DNA of 64,000 bases from assembly GCA_002412765.1 (NCBI GenBank), contig DHVR01000002.1:73191-137190 (forward strand). Reading direction: 5' to 3'. The notes under the pieces are model-generated. The model was not told the origin of the DNA and did not search any database. It worked only from the letters and a program-made list of their open reading frames with translations. The stretch is from Leptolinea sp. UBA5203 (lineage in GTDB: Bacteria; Chloroflexota; Anaerolineae; Anaerolineales; Anaerolineaceae). The position numbers were made by a program, and so were the translations under genes. Of this stretch, positions 20,958-30,042 are shown one piece after another (position 1 is the first letter of the stretch; every line of letters begins with the position of its first letter).

Positions 20958-21461
20958 ATGCCCAGGCAAGATCAAGGGATGTCATCAGATCGATACCAAA
21001 TTATTCCGCGTACTCTGCTATTTATCACCAAAGAGGACAAAGTTTTATTATTGAAAGGTGCTCCAACCAAACGTATTTGGGCGAATCAATACAATGGGAT
21101 CGGCGGACATATTGAAAAAGGGGAGGATATACGCCAGGCTGCCCAGCGAGAGTTGAAAGAAGAGACTGGTTTAAGTGTTTCCAACTTAAAGCTCTGTGCA
21201 ACCATCATGATTGATACGGGTGACTATTCTGGTATTGGGTTGTTTGTGTTTCGGGGGAAAGATCCTATGGGTGAACTGCAAATATCGGAGGAGGGTAGTT
21301 TGAGCTGGGTCCCAATGGCTGAGCTGCACAATTATTCACTGGTCGAAGATTTGCCTGTCATCCTGCCGGAAATTATGAAACTGTCACCAGCGGACGAGCC
21401 ATTATCGATTTTGTATACCTTTGACGAACGGAATCAGTTGGTCATTAAGATCAATCGCTGA
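20958..21461 (+). CDS. NUDIX hydrolase
   Basis: The Nudix box is GGHIEKGEDIRQAAQRELKEETGL. ATG 20958 follows GGAGGA. The track start at 20934 lies inside the fba terminator stem. Confidence 0.8.
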   Translation: MPRQDQGMSSDRYQIIPRTLLFITKEDKVLLLKGAPTKRIWANQYNGIGGHIEKGEDIRQAAQRELKEETGLSVSNLKLCATIMIDTGDYSGIGLFVFRGKDPMGELQISEEGSLSWVPMAELHNYSLVEDLPVILPEIMKLSPADEPLSILYTFDERNQLVIKINR

Positions 21462-22014
21462 TTCGTTCATAAAAAACCAAAAGCGTACTGCCGTATTTTC
21501 TCTCTTCGAATTCCAACAGGTTGGATAATTCAACTTTTTCGTATTCCACCGGATGAATTTGCACAATCACCCAGGCGTCATCCACCAACCATTGGGGATT
21601 CTCGTCCACTTGCTTGAGGGCCGTGATCCACATCTGTTTGTATTGAGGGGGTGCGATATAAATATAGTCAAACGGCTCATCGGGTTTGGTTTGAAAGTAT
21701 CTCAACGCATCGGAGTTAAGTACCTGGGCTTTTTCAGCCAGGCGGGTATGCGCTAAATTCTCTTTAATGACGGTAACGGCCTTACTGCTTTTATCCAGGA
21801 ATCGGCAGAAAGCGGCGCCCCGGCTGAGGGCTTCAATCCCCACACTGCCGGTCCCGCCGAATAAGTCCAGAAAGCGGCTTTCAATGACATCGATACCGAG
21901 AATATTAAACAAAGCTTCTTTAACTCGATCAGTGATGGGTCGGGTGGTGTCACCCGGAACGGATGCAATGCGCATGCCTTTGGCTGTACCGGAAATGATG
22001 CGGAGTGTATTCAA
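21451..22014 (-). CDS. rsmD: 16S rRNA (guanine966-N2)-methyltransferase
   Basis: 187 aa, with the SAM motif DLFGGTGSVGIEALSRGA and the PPQY motif (IYIAPPQY). Confidence 0.85.
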   Translation of the reverse strand: MNTLRIISGTAKGMRIASVPGDTTRPITDRVKEALFNILGIDVIESRFLDLFGGTGSVGIEALSRGAAFCRFLDKSSKAVTVIKENLAHTRLAEKAQVLNSDALRYFQTKPDEPFDYIYIAPPQYKQMWITALKQVDENPQWLVDDAWVIVQIHPVEYEKVELSNLLEFEERKYGSTLLVFYERISD

Positions 22015-23237
22015 GAGGTGGTTTCCAATTTAAAGATGGACTGCATGGCAGATTGAATGTTTAGGTCTTCATTCTCGCGCTCTGTATCATTCGTCATGGC
22101 TGTAGGAGAAGTTCTCATGCGCAGGGCAATCCCGGCGACGGCTTGTAAATCCAGCATTGTGACTCTGTCGCGATTATCCGCGGCGGCGTGAGCTTTGGCG
22201 GCTTCAAACAAACTAATTTCTGCCCGGATGGATGGAATTTTTAGACTGGTTATAAGTTCAATGCCCAATTTGGCAACATCTTCCGGGATAGACATTTGCC
22301 CAACTAAACGCTGGGCGTTGGCGATATCACCGGCCAATTTTTGGGTATCCTCTTCAAAATCCTTAATCAGAAGATAAGGATATGAGCGATAAGTTTGGCT
22401 GCGTTGATACGCAAGATAACGTTCATTTACCGTATCCAGGGAGTTAGCGAAGACCCTCAAACCAAAGCGGTCCAGAATTTGGGGGCGCAAGAAGCCTTCC
22501 TGCGGATTCATCGTGCCGATCATTGAAAAGCGCGATTTCAAGGTGGCGGTTAAGGATCCGCGCCTTACAGTATACGATCCATAGGCACTGGCATCCAGAA
22601 TGGCATCCAGAATATCGTTATGTAGTAAATTGATTTCATCCACCAGCAGCAAATTGCGGTCCGCTTTAGAGAGGATGCCCCGTTTAAATTGCATGGGATT
22701 GGTGGGTAAGAGCGTATCATCCAGACTGCCGATCACATCGTTAATCTCGGCATTTAATGGCAGTTCTACCAGCCTAGCAGGTTCCATATGGGTAAGGGGT
22801 TGGTTATGGGCAAATTTTTGAGCACAGTCTTCACAGATCGCTTCTGTACCCCCCGAAAGTACATCATCTTCGGTGCAGCCATAAAAGCAGGAACTTTTTT
22901 CCACCATGGGCAGCAAAGGAATCAAGCTTCTAACGGCTGTGGTTTTACCTGTACCTCTAGGACCAATCAGCAGCACGCCGCCGATCATGGGATTGATTAA
23001 AGACAGGATGAGGGCCAGTTTCATTTCATGCTGACCCACAATGGCGGAGAATGGAAACGGCAGTTTCTCAGCAAAGCCGTAATCGGAAACCCTGTCGGAC
23101 TCACTCAGATCCTTGCCGGATACCATTTTTATTAAATCTTTGATGGAGTTGATGGAGGATGGAAAAACGTCCTCAGATGGGTTGTCATCTGAGGGTGGCA
23201 TGTCCGATTGGTTAGCACGAGATGGAGAATCGCTCAT
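22011..23237 (-). CDS. ChlI/BchI-like AAA+ ATPase (Mg-chelatase subunit I family), no partner subunits nearby
   Basis: PFSAIVGQHEMKLALILSLINPMIGGVLLIGPRGTGKTT (Walker A), LLLVDEINLL (Walker B) and RPQILDRFG are present. A Cys-rich insert reads CFYGCTEDD...CEDCAQKF. The stop overlaps the rsmD start by 4 nt. Confidence 0.8.
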   Translation of the reverse strand: MSDSPSRANQSDMPPSDDNPSEDVFPSSINSIKDLIKMVSGKDLSESDRVSDYGFAEKLPFPFSAIVGQHEMKLALILSLINPMIGGVLLIGPRGTGKTTAVRSLIPLLPMVEKSSCFYGCTEDDVLSGGTEAICEDCAQKFAHNQPLTHMEPARLVELPLNAEINDVIGSLDDTLLPTNPMQFKRGILSKADRNLLLVDEINLLHNDILDAILDASAYGSYTVRRGSLTATLKSRFSMIGTMNPQEGFLRPQILDRFGLRVFANSLDTVNERYLAYQRSQTYRSYPYLLIKDFEEDTQKLAGDIANAQRLVGQMSIPEDVAKLGIELITSLKIPSIRAEISLFEAAKAHAAADNRDRVTMLDLQAVAGIALRMRTSPTAMTNDTERENEDLNIQSAMQSIFKLETTS

Positions 23238-23258
23238 CCGTAATTCCGACCTGTTGAT

Positions 23259-23723
23259 TTAATCCTCAACATCATTATACGTCCAAATGCGGTTGATGAA
23301 GAAATTCCAGATCATGACAATGCCAATGGCACCTGCCAGGGCAAGGTTCTTACTGATTACTTCCGCTGTAAGCGGTAGGGATGGGATGGTTGAGCATATT
23401 TTAATAAAAAGGTACTCAAACCCGGAGTAAATAAAAGTCCGAATAACCAGGCCAATGGTGTTTACCACAAAGAATTGGGTCAATTGGCGGGAGAAACGTT
23501 TACTTCGGGAATCCGGATAGGTCCAATAACGATTCCATAAGAAATTACTGATCACCGCTGCGGTGAAAGAAATGGATTGAAACACCAGATTTTTACCGTC
23601 CGGAAAGATGACAGCCAGCAGGTTGAAGATCGTAAAATCGACTACTGCGCCAATGGCACCTACAATGGCAAACCGGATAAACCTGGTCTGTTCTTTTTTA
23701 TTGGTAACAATTTGATTAATCAT
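23259..23723 (-). CDS. GtrA-family membrane protein (polyprenyl-phosphate-sugar translocation family)
   Basis: 154 aa with four TM segments. It carries the RFAIVGAIGAVVDF and NRYWTY motifs typical of GtrA-like proteins. Confidence 0.8.
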   Translation of the reverse strand: MINQIVTNKKEQTRFIRFAIVGAIGAVVDFTIFNLLAVIFPDGKNLVFQSISFTAAVISNFLWNRYWTYPDSRSKRFSRQLTQFFVVNTIGLVIRTFIYSGFEYLFIKICSTIPSLPLTAEVISKNLALAGAIGIVMIWNFFINRIWTYNDVED

Positions 23724-24679
23724 CAGAGCCCGAGTTTTTCTTTGAAGTATGGGATGGATAGCTCAAGTCCTTCTTGTAAGGACAATTTGGGTGACCAACT
23801 CAGAATTTCTGTGGCGCGAGTAATGTCCGGTCGGCGGCGGCTTGGATCATCGCCCAGACGGGAATCTGGTTTGTACATAATTCCGGCTTTATTGCCAATC
23901 ATTTGATTGACCAGTTGGGCAAACTCCAGGATGGTAAATTCAACCGGATTGCCGATATTGACCGGTAAATGCTCGTCAGACAATAATAAGCGATAAATGC
24001 CGTCGACGAGGTCACTGACATAACAAAAACTACGGGTTTGGGCGCCGTCACCGTAGACGGTAAGGTTTTCACCTTTCAAGGCTTGTTGGATCAAGTTCGG
24101 CACGACACGGCCGTCATCCAGGCGCATACGGGGGCCATAAGTATTGAAAATTCGGACAATGCGTGTATCCACACCATGATAACGATGATAGGCCATGGTG
24201 AGAGCTTCTGCGAAACGTTTGGCTTCATCATAGACGGAACGAAAACCAATCGGATCGGCATGGCCCCAGTAAGTCTCTTTTTGAGGATGCTCAAGCGGAT
24301 CCCCATAGATTTCACTGGTAGAGGCCAATAAAAATTTTGCATTGTGCGCTCTGGCTACGCCCAAAGAGTTATGGGTGCCCAATGCGCCGGCTTTCATGGT
24401 TTGAATGGGCAGACTGGGATAGCTAAAAGGGGATTCAGGGTTGGGGCTGGCAGGGGATGCGAAATGCAGAACTGCATCAATTATTCCGGGGGCAAAAATG
24501 AAATTGGAAACATCGTGGCGAATGAATTCAAAATTAGGATTACCTGCAAGATGCTCGAGGTTTTCCTCTCTACCACTAACAAAGTTATCCATCCCAATGA
24601 CTTGATGACCTTCTTTAATTAATTTATCGCATAAGTGGGAGCCTAAAAAACCAGCAGCCCCGGTGATTAATATTCGCAT
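23723..24679 (-). CDS. uxs: UDP-glucuronate decarboxylase (UDP-xylose synthase) type SDR
   Basis: It has the GAAGFLGSH Rossmann motif, the catalytic YDEAKR (YxxxK) and the [15 protein letters not shown] pattern typical of UXS. Confidence 0.85.
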   Translation of the reverse strand: MRILITGAAGFLGSHLCDKLIKEGHQVIGMDNFVSGREENLEHLAGNPNFEFIRHDVSNFIFAPGIIDAVLHFASPASPNPESPFSYPSLPIQTMKAGALGTHNSLGVARAHNAKFLLASTSEIYGDPLEHPQKETYWGHADPIGFRSVYDEAKRFAEALTMAYHRYHGVDTRIVRIFNTYGPRMRLDDGRVVPNLIQQALKGENLTVYGDGAQTRSFCYVSDLVDGIYRLLLSDEHLPVNIGNPVEFTILEFAQLVNQMIGNKAGIMYKPDSRLGDDPSRRRPDITRATEILSWSPKLSLQEGLELSIPYFKEKLGL

Positions 24680-24703
24680 TTAGATCCTCTTTGATGTAGT
24701 ATT

Positions 24704-26338
24704 TTATTTCCAATCAAGTTTACCAACCGCGCCGTCTCCAGTGATCTGGCGGGATTGGCCATTTATTATATCGTAGAGCCATAAATTACCCTGATAATGA
24801 AAAGAAAGCCAGGGGGTATCTTCCGTAGTCATCATGGGGGACCAGTGGACATCCTGCGGGTCCATACCCAATAAGCCTTCCTCGGGGAAGACCTTCATTT
24901 GATCTGAACCATCACGATCCATCAACATGAGATGATAGCGGCTGGTTTCACTTTGTTCAGGGAAAATTGCTTGCAGAAAAGCGATCATATTTCGTCCATT
25001 ACCCAAATCAGGGGAGACGACCGGATAGGAAAACATACCCGCCTGGGGAACGATGTCAATGATGGTTTTGGAACTCAAGGAGAGCACACCAATATTAAAA
25101 ATTGGAGATTCTTCTTCCGAAGTTAATCCGGAGGCTGGTAGATGATTGACGACATATAGGAATTGTTCATCCGTCGTCCAGGAAATTTGGGGAACCCACG
25201 CCCAATCAGAATTGGTTTGATAGGAAAGGATACCTACCAGGGGTTCGAAGGATCCATCGGCCAGATTCACCAGTCCAACTCCCTCCGGTCTGGCATAGGC
25301 AATTTTATTTCCGGTGGGCGATATCGTATAGGAAGTACCCCACCAGCCATAAATACCGCCTGCATTGGCTTCAATCACGGTGTCAATAGTAGAAACGCTG
25401 CCTTCTGCGGTCAGATTCAATATTAATAAATCATTGTTCGCCTGCCAACCTGGGGCTGTTTCTCTGGCTTCAACGGTTGAACAAGCGATGGTGTTGTTAT
25501 CCCCTGGAATCCAATCCGCAAAATGAACTACATTGGTGACGGTTGTATCAATCGGTTTGGCGTCTTTCTGGTTGACATTCACCACCCAAAGGGTGTTGAT
25601 GAGCCCTTCGTCATTTTCATCGGCGGAGCGGCTATATAAAAGCTTGGTTGCATCCGGGGAGAGGGAAAATACTTTGCCATCCAAATCCCCTGAGGTGATG
25701 ACAGGCCGGCGATTAGCGGTTGTACCTTCCATTACCCAGGCATTACCATTGGCAATATAGGCAATAACGCCGTTGATGGCGATTGGGGAAAAAGGGCTTT
25801 GCACACCGACCATAATAATTTCTGGTTTGGGTTCAACGATATTGACCGTTTTAAAGATGGAACGCTGGATAACGGTTCCATTTTCAGAGCGAATTCGATA
25901 GGTGATTTGTTGTACACCATTTTCACCAGGCTGAATCAGCCGGGTTTGGCCTTCCGGCAAGGATTCATTGCGTACCGTTTGACTGGCAAAAGGCAGCACC
26001 TTTTCTTCCAACTCATAATTTTCTTCAATTCGCGTTACTTTAATTTCCATTTGGTCAGTTGCCATCTGATAGGTGGCGGGTTCCACTTTATCCAGTGGGT
26101 TTAACGTAACCTTAGCCTGACTGAGCACATATTGTACAGTGCTATTGATGGGAACAATAATCTCATTTGTTTGCTGATCCACTTCCACTGATACGGTCAT
26201 GGTATTCGGTGTTTTTTCAGTTTGCGGCAGCGGAAGGCAGGCAGACAAAATGAGGATCATGAAAATACCCAACATCATGGGAATGCCAGGCTTAAGCAGA
26301 TTCTTTCCAAACTGTATATGCGCTTTGAAGAAAAACAT
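24704..26338 (-). CDS. secreted/lipo-protein with a G5-like domain and a TolB/PD40-like beta-propeller
   Basis: A signal peptide ends in LILSAC (lipobox-like). The G5-like stretch is QTVRNESLPEGQTRLIQPGENGVQQITYR. The repetitive C-terminal half looks beta-propeller-like. Confidence 0.55.
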   Translation of the reverse strand: MFFFKAHIQFGKNLLKPGIPMMLGIFMILILSACLPLPQTEKTPNTMTVSVEVDQQTNEIIVPINSTVQYVLSQAKVTLNPLDKVEPATYQMATDQMEIKVTRIEENYELEEKVLPFASQTVRNESLPEGQTRLIQPGENGVQQITYRIRSENGTVIQRSIFKTVNIVEPKPEIIMVGVQSPFSPIAINGVIAYIANGNAWVMEGTTANRRPVITSGDLDGKVFSLSPDATKLLYSRSADENDEGLINTLWVVNVNQKDAKPIDTTVTNVVHFADWIPGDNNTIACSTVEARETAPGWQANNDLLILNLTAEGSVSTIDTVIEANAGGIYGWWGTSYTISPTGNKIAYARPEGVGLVNLADGSFEPLVGILSYQTNSDWAWVPQISWTTDEQFLYVVNHLPASGLTSEEESPIFNIGVLSLSSKTIIDIVPQAGMFSYPVVSPDLGNGRNMIAFLQAIFPEQSETSRYHLMLMDRDGSDQMKVFPEEGLLGMDPQDVHWSPMMTTEDTPWLSFHYQGNLWLYDIINGQSRQITGDGAVGKLDWK

Positions 26339-26353
26339 CTTGCGGATTTTCCC

Positions 26354-26926
26354 CTATTGAGTAACGGTACCTGAGATGGTTGCCATCCCATCTGCGATAT
26401 ATATGCTTTCCATGCGGAATCCTGTTGTAGCAGGCAGGAGGGATTTAGTGATGGTGTCATCCAGTAAGGAAGATATTGCTGCCAACATGCTTTCCGGCGC
26501 TGGGACGTTACCTAAATCTGCGGTTTCTATTTTGACTGCTAATTGATTATTGGCATCAATTTCAGCTGTCAAAACCAGGTGAATATTGAGATCGAAATAC
26601 TGTTGCGTGTAGACTGCATAAACATCGATTTTTCCATCCTGTAAATAAATCTGAGGATTGCTTATGTTTGCTTCTGGTCGATTAGCAAGTTCTTGGGCAG
26701 CTAAGGATGTCACCTGTTCTTGCGTGACAGTAAAAGCTATGGATTTGGTCTGCTCGTCAGTGATTATGGCGCTATCAATAATGGTTTGGACACTCTCAGC
26801 AGCTTCCGCAGACACGGGAATAGGTTCAGCCGTGGGTTCATTTCCTCCAAGGCTGATCTTGCATGCTGTTGATATCAATGTTATCATCAGGAACAATATT
26901 AAAAGGATATTTTTTCTGTTCTTCAT
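26354..26926 (-). CDS. hypothetical lipoprotein
   Basis: From ATG 26926 the N-terminus reads MKNRKNILLILFLMITLISTAC, a signal peptide with a lipobox. I recognise no catalytic motif. Confidence 0.5.
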   Translation of the reverse strand: MKNRKNILLILFLMITLISTACKISLGGNEPTAEPIPVSAEAAESVQTIIDSAIITDEQTKSIAFTVTQEQVTSLAAQELANRPEANISNPQIYLQDGKIDVYAVYTQQYFDLNIHLVLTAEIDANNQLAVKIETADLGNVPAPESMLAAISSLLDDTITKSLLPATTGFRMESIYIADGMATISGTVTQ

Positions 26927-26968
26927 ACGATTTTCCATTGCGAAGATAAGGATACGCCCAATTATAGC

Positions 26969-27538
26969 ATGAGTGATCAAACTTGTAACCTTTCGATAGA
27001 GAATGACAAGCTCGTTGAAGCTGTGGAAGCATTATTATTTGTGGCTTCCGGGGCGGTTCAACTTACCCAAATTGCAGAGGCACTGAATGTCAACCCCAAA
27101 CAGGTTGAGGATGCTGTCAAAGAACTGGAAAATATCTACAGTCAGGGACGTGGTTTACGGATTCAGACCTACAAGAATAAAATCCAATTGACTACAGCAC
27201 CTGAATTTGCGGTATTTGTAGAAAGTTTCCTGGGGTTGGAAGCCATGGCGAAATTAAGCCGGGCAGCCCTCGAAACCATGGCCATTGTGGCTTATCAGCA
27301 GCCGATCACCCGTCCGGGGATTGATGCCATTCGTGGGGTTAACAGTGATGGCGTGCTGCGTAGTTTGTTAAATAAGGGTCTGGTTCAGGAAACTGGACGA
27401 GCAGAGGGACCTGGACGGCCGATTTTGTACGGCGTAACGGAAGAATTTTTACAGCAATTTGGATTGAATTCGTTAGATGAACTCCCACCTTTTGAGGTGG
27501 ACGAAGAACAGCCCGATGAGCAGTTATTAAAGGATTAG
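26969..27538 (+). CDS. scpB: segregation and condensation protein B
   Basis: The motifs VEALLFVASGAVQLTQIAEAL and AALETMAIVAYQQPITRPGIDAIRGV are typical of ScpB winged-helix repeats. Confidence 0.85.
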   Translation: MSDQTCNLSIENDKLVEAVEALLFVASGAVQLTQIAEALNVNPKQVEDAVKELENIYSQGRGLRIQTYKNKIQLTTAPEFAVFVESFLGLEAMAKLSRAALETMAIVAYQQPITRPGIDAIRGVNSDGVLRSLLNKGLVQETGRAEGPGRPILYGVTEEFLQQFGLNSLDELPPFEVDEEQPDEQLLKD

Positions 27539-27556
27539 AAAGCAGGCAACTTTTAT

Positions 27557-29134
27557 ATGGAAGAGCGATTACAAAAAATATTGGCCCGGGCAGGATACGG
27601 TTCTCGCCGACAGTGCGAAGAGTTGATTCAGTACGGCCGAGTTCGTGTCAATGGCAAAACTGCTGTGTTGGGCTTTAAGGCTAACGCGGCTGAAGATGCC
27701 ATCATGGTGGATGACAAAAAGATTAAGCTAGAGGAATTCAATTTCCGTTATATTGCATTAAATAAACCCCGCAACGTTCTCTCAGACTGCGATAGTTTTG
27801 GAGAACGAAAAACGGTTCACGATCTTATTGGCACCACCGAGCATATGTTTGCCGTGGGCAGATTGGATTTTGATAGTGAGGGGCTGATTTTAATGACCAA
27901 TGATGGCGACCTGGCTAACAAACTGACCCATCCCCGCTATGGACATGAAAAAGAATATCACGTAAAAGTGGTTCGAGCACCCGATGAGAAACAATTAGCT
28001 ATCTGGCGGCGCGGCGTTGTACTGGCGGATGGGTATAAAACAGCCCCTGCGATTGTGCAGGTCATGAAAAGTGATTCCACGTATGCCCTTTTGAGAATAA
28101 TCTTGAAAGAAGGACGTAAACGGCAGATTCGAGAAATTGGTGCGCTGATTGGGGTACCCGTATCCCGAATTTTGCGTGTGCGTATTGGAACCTTACTCCT
28201 GGGTACTTTAAAACCAGGCGCCTGGCGTGATCTGACCCCGAAAGAAGTTTATAACTTAAAAGCAACAGCCGGTGCTTTGCGTACGGATAAGAAACCGCAC
28301 TCGAAAACTCGCATGATGAACGGCAAGCGAGACTGGTCAGCTGAGAGAAGAGCTAGCAGCGAAGAGCAAGCTGAAACTAGTTCATGGAAACGTCGTGATG
28401 GGGAACCCAGCGAAAATGCTGACTATACAGAGATCAAGCCGCGACGTCCACGCGCGAGTGTGGAAAGTTTGTATCGTCCAGCTGGTGCTGAAGGTAAAAC
28501 CAATCGCTCGCGCGGCGGAACCGATTCGCGAACCCGTCCTGCGGGATCCTCAGGTCCGGATCGACGTTCTCGTTATAATAGCGGTGCTGGTGCAAGTACG
28601 CCTGAAAGAGATGAACGTGCGCCTCGTCGAAGTGCGGAAGGATCCCCCCGTCCGGATTCGACAGACAGCAGGGTAAGACGAACCCGCTCTGATGGGGATT
28701 TAAAATCCCGGTCGAGTTCTGGTGACAGCCAGGAGAGACAGCCCCGCAGAAGTGGGGAAGGTGCCTCACGTCCTGCATCCGCAAGTAGTAAAACCGGAAG
28801 ATCCCGCAGCAGTCAAACAGGATCACGCTCCAATTCCGGTGGTGCTGAAGAAAGACGCGTACGTCCAGACGGTGAGACCTCCTACCGCTCTGAAGGCGGG
28901 GAAAGCAGCACCCGGCGACCTCGCAGCGGGGAAGATAAACGAACCCGAACCGGTGCACCGGATAGCCAGGAACGAACCCCACGTCGCAGCAGTGGTTCAA
29001 CAACGCGATCGAATTCTTCCAGTACCGATCGACGGGGACCTCGGACAGGTGGAGCAGGCGGCAGCCGCCCATCCGCACCCAACAGGAAAACCAGTGGAAC
29101 CCGTGGAGCGGGTCCAGCACGTAAGCCACGCTAA
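27557..29134 (+). CDS. rluB: 23S rRNA pseudouridine synthase RluB-type with a long Arg/Ser-rich C-terminal tail
   Basis: The S4 domain (RLQKILARAGYGSRRQCEELIQYGRVRVNG) and the catalytic GRLDFDSEGL motif are present. Residues ~241-525 are low-complexity R/S/G/P/E/T sequence. Confidence 0.85.
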   Translation: MEERLQKILARAGYGSRRQCEELIQYGRVRVNGKTAVLGFKANAAEDAIMVDDKKIKLEEFNFRYIALNKPRNVLSDCDSFGERKTVHDLIGTTEHMFAVGRLDFDSEGLILMTNDGDLANKLTHPRYGHEKEYHVKVVRAPDEKQLAIWRRGVVLADGYKTAPAIVQVMKSDSTYALLRIILKEGRKRQIREIGALIGVPVSRILRVRIGTLLLGTLKPGAWRDLTPKEVYNLKATAGALRTDKKPHSKTRMMNGKRDWSAERRASSEEQAETSSWKRRDGEPSENADYTEIKPRRPRASVESLYRPAGAEGKTNRSRGGTDSRTRPAGSSGPDRRSRYNSGAGASTPERDERAPRRSAEGSPRPDSTDSRVRRTRSDGDLKSRSSSGDSQERQPRRSGEGASRPASASSKTGRSRSSQTGSRSNSGGAEERRVRPDGETSYRSEGGESSTRRPRSGEDKRTRTGAPDSQERTPRRSSGSTTRSNSSSTDRRGPRTGGAGGSRPSAPNRKTSGTRGAGPARKPR

Positions 29135-29272
29135 AATAAGAAAAGCACATCAGTAATCTGGTGAGCTTTTTATGTGCCTTTGTTGAAGTATGCTTTTACT
29201 CAAGGGAGGCAATCACCTCAATTGTGTGAAAATTAACATATTACCCATGTTTCTTAGGTGATAGATTGAGTT

Positions 29273-29318
29273 AAAAAAAGATGGATGCTGGTTTATTCAA
29301 GCATCCATCTTCGTTTTT
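29273..29318. terminator. bidirectional hairpin terminator
   Basis: The stem AGATGGATGCT / AGCATCCATCT (29279-29310) is flanked by an A-run (29273-29279) and by TCGTTTTT (29311-29318). Confidence 0.6.
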
Positions 29319-29343
29319 GGAACGTACAACTTTCTACTTGGTC

Positions 29344-30036
29344 TTAATCCCCTTGCGGCAGAAAAGCCGATAATTGGGTCAATTGTTCTTCGGTTATGGG
29401 ATTAGCTTTCGTTTTCTGGCGAATAAAGTCCTTCATCTTGCGGATTGGGAAAGCTGGAATAGGTGAATCCGCTGCTGAAACTTCCGCTTTGGGGTTGGTG
29501 AAGAATATCAAGGCATTCACCTGGGGGGCTTTTTGTCCTTTATAGACTTTTATGAATTCTTTTTCGATATCTTTGATAGCTGAAGCAGCTTCCAGGTCGG
29601 GGCGTCCCAAACTTTCCTGCATGAAAAGTCTAACAAACAAGTTGACCCCTTTTTGATGCCATCGGTTTTTGGTACTGTCATAGGAGATTTTTCCTTTGAC
29701 GGTGACAGGCACCAAAATCCAAACCCCTGCAGGACCGACTAACAAATGGGGTACGGAGGTGTTGTAATGGAATAACTGAAAGTGATTATCTAGGCCTTTG
29801 AGCTCCTGGGAGACTTGTTCATGCAACTGAGGATGAACACCAAAGCGGTTTCCAAAGAAGATACCGACTTGGGAGAGAATAAAACTGACGGACATGGTCA
29901 CAGCACCCCAGAGCAAGGAGTTTTCTTTTACAAGAAAATAGAAACCTACGCCGATGACTACCAGGGAGACAATGAGGGATATATTACCGAAAGTACGGTA
30001 TCGTTTGACCAGTTTATCGTTGGTTATGATTTTCAT
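29344..30036 (-). CDS. membrane-anchored NERD-domain protein
   Basis: Two N-terminal TM segments are followed by a NERD-like core (FHYNTSVPHLLVGPAGVWILVPV). Confidence 0.55.
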   Translation of the reverse strand: MKIITNDKLVKRYRTFGNISLIVSLVVIGVGFYFLVKENSLLWGAVTMSVSFILSQVGIFFGNRFGVHPQLHEQVSQELKGLDNHFQLFHYNTSVPHLLVGPAGVWILVPVTVKGKISYDSTKNRWHQKGVNLFVRLFMQESLGRPDLEAASAIKDIEKEFIKVYKGQKAPQVNALIFFTNPKAEVSAADSPIPAFPIRKMKDFIRQKTKANPITEEQLTQLSAFLPQGD

Positions 30037-30042
30037 TCGTTT

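Noticed and set aside
22011-23237. The Mg-chelatase I-like gene as evidence for (bacterio)chlorophyll biosynthesis or phototrophy.
   Set aside because: No other photosynthesis or tetrapyrrole genes are in the window, and ChlI-like AAA+ proteins are widespread in non-phototrophs.
27803-27818. GAAC-N8-GTTC inside rluB; also GAAC-N2-GTTC at 32313-32322. I considered both as additional LexA boxes.
   Set aside because: The spacing is wrong (N8 or N2 rather than N4), and both lie inside coding sequence with no promoter context.
28434-29156. ORFs of 238 aa (minus), 144 aa (plus) and 66-93 aa overlap the rluB tail.
   Set aside because: They are by-products of the GC-rich, repetitive Arg/Ser-coding region. 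The rluB frame is continuous with the catalytic domain.
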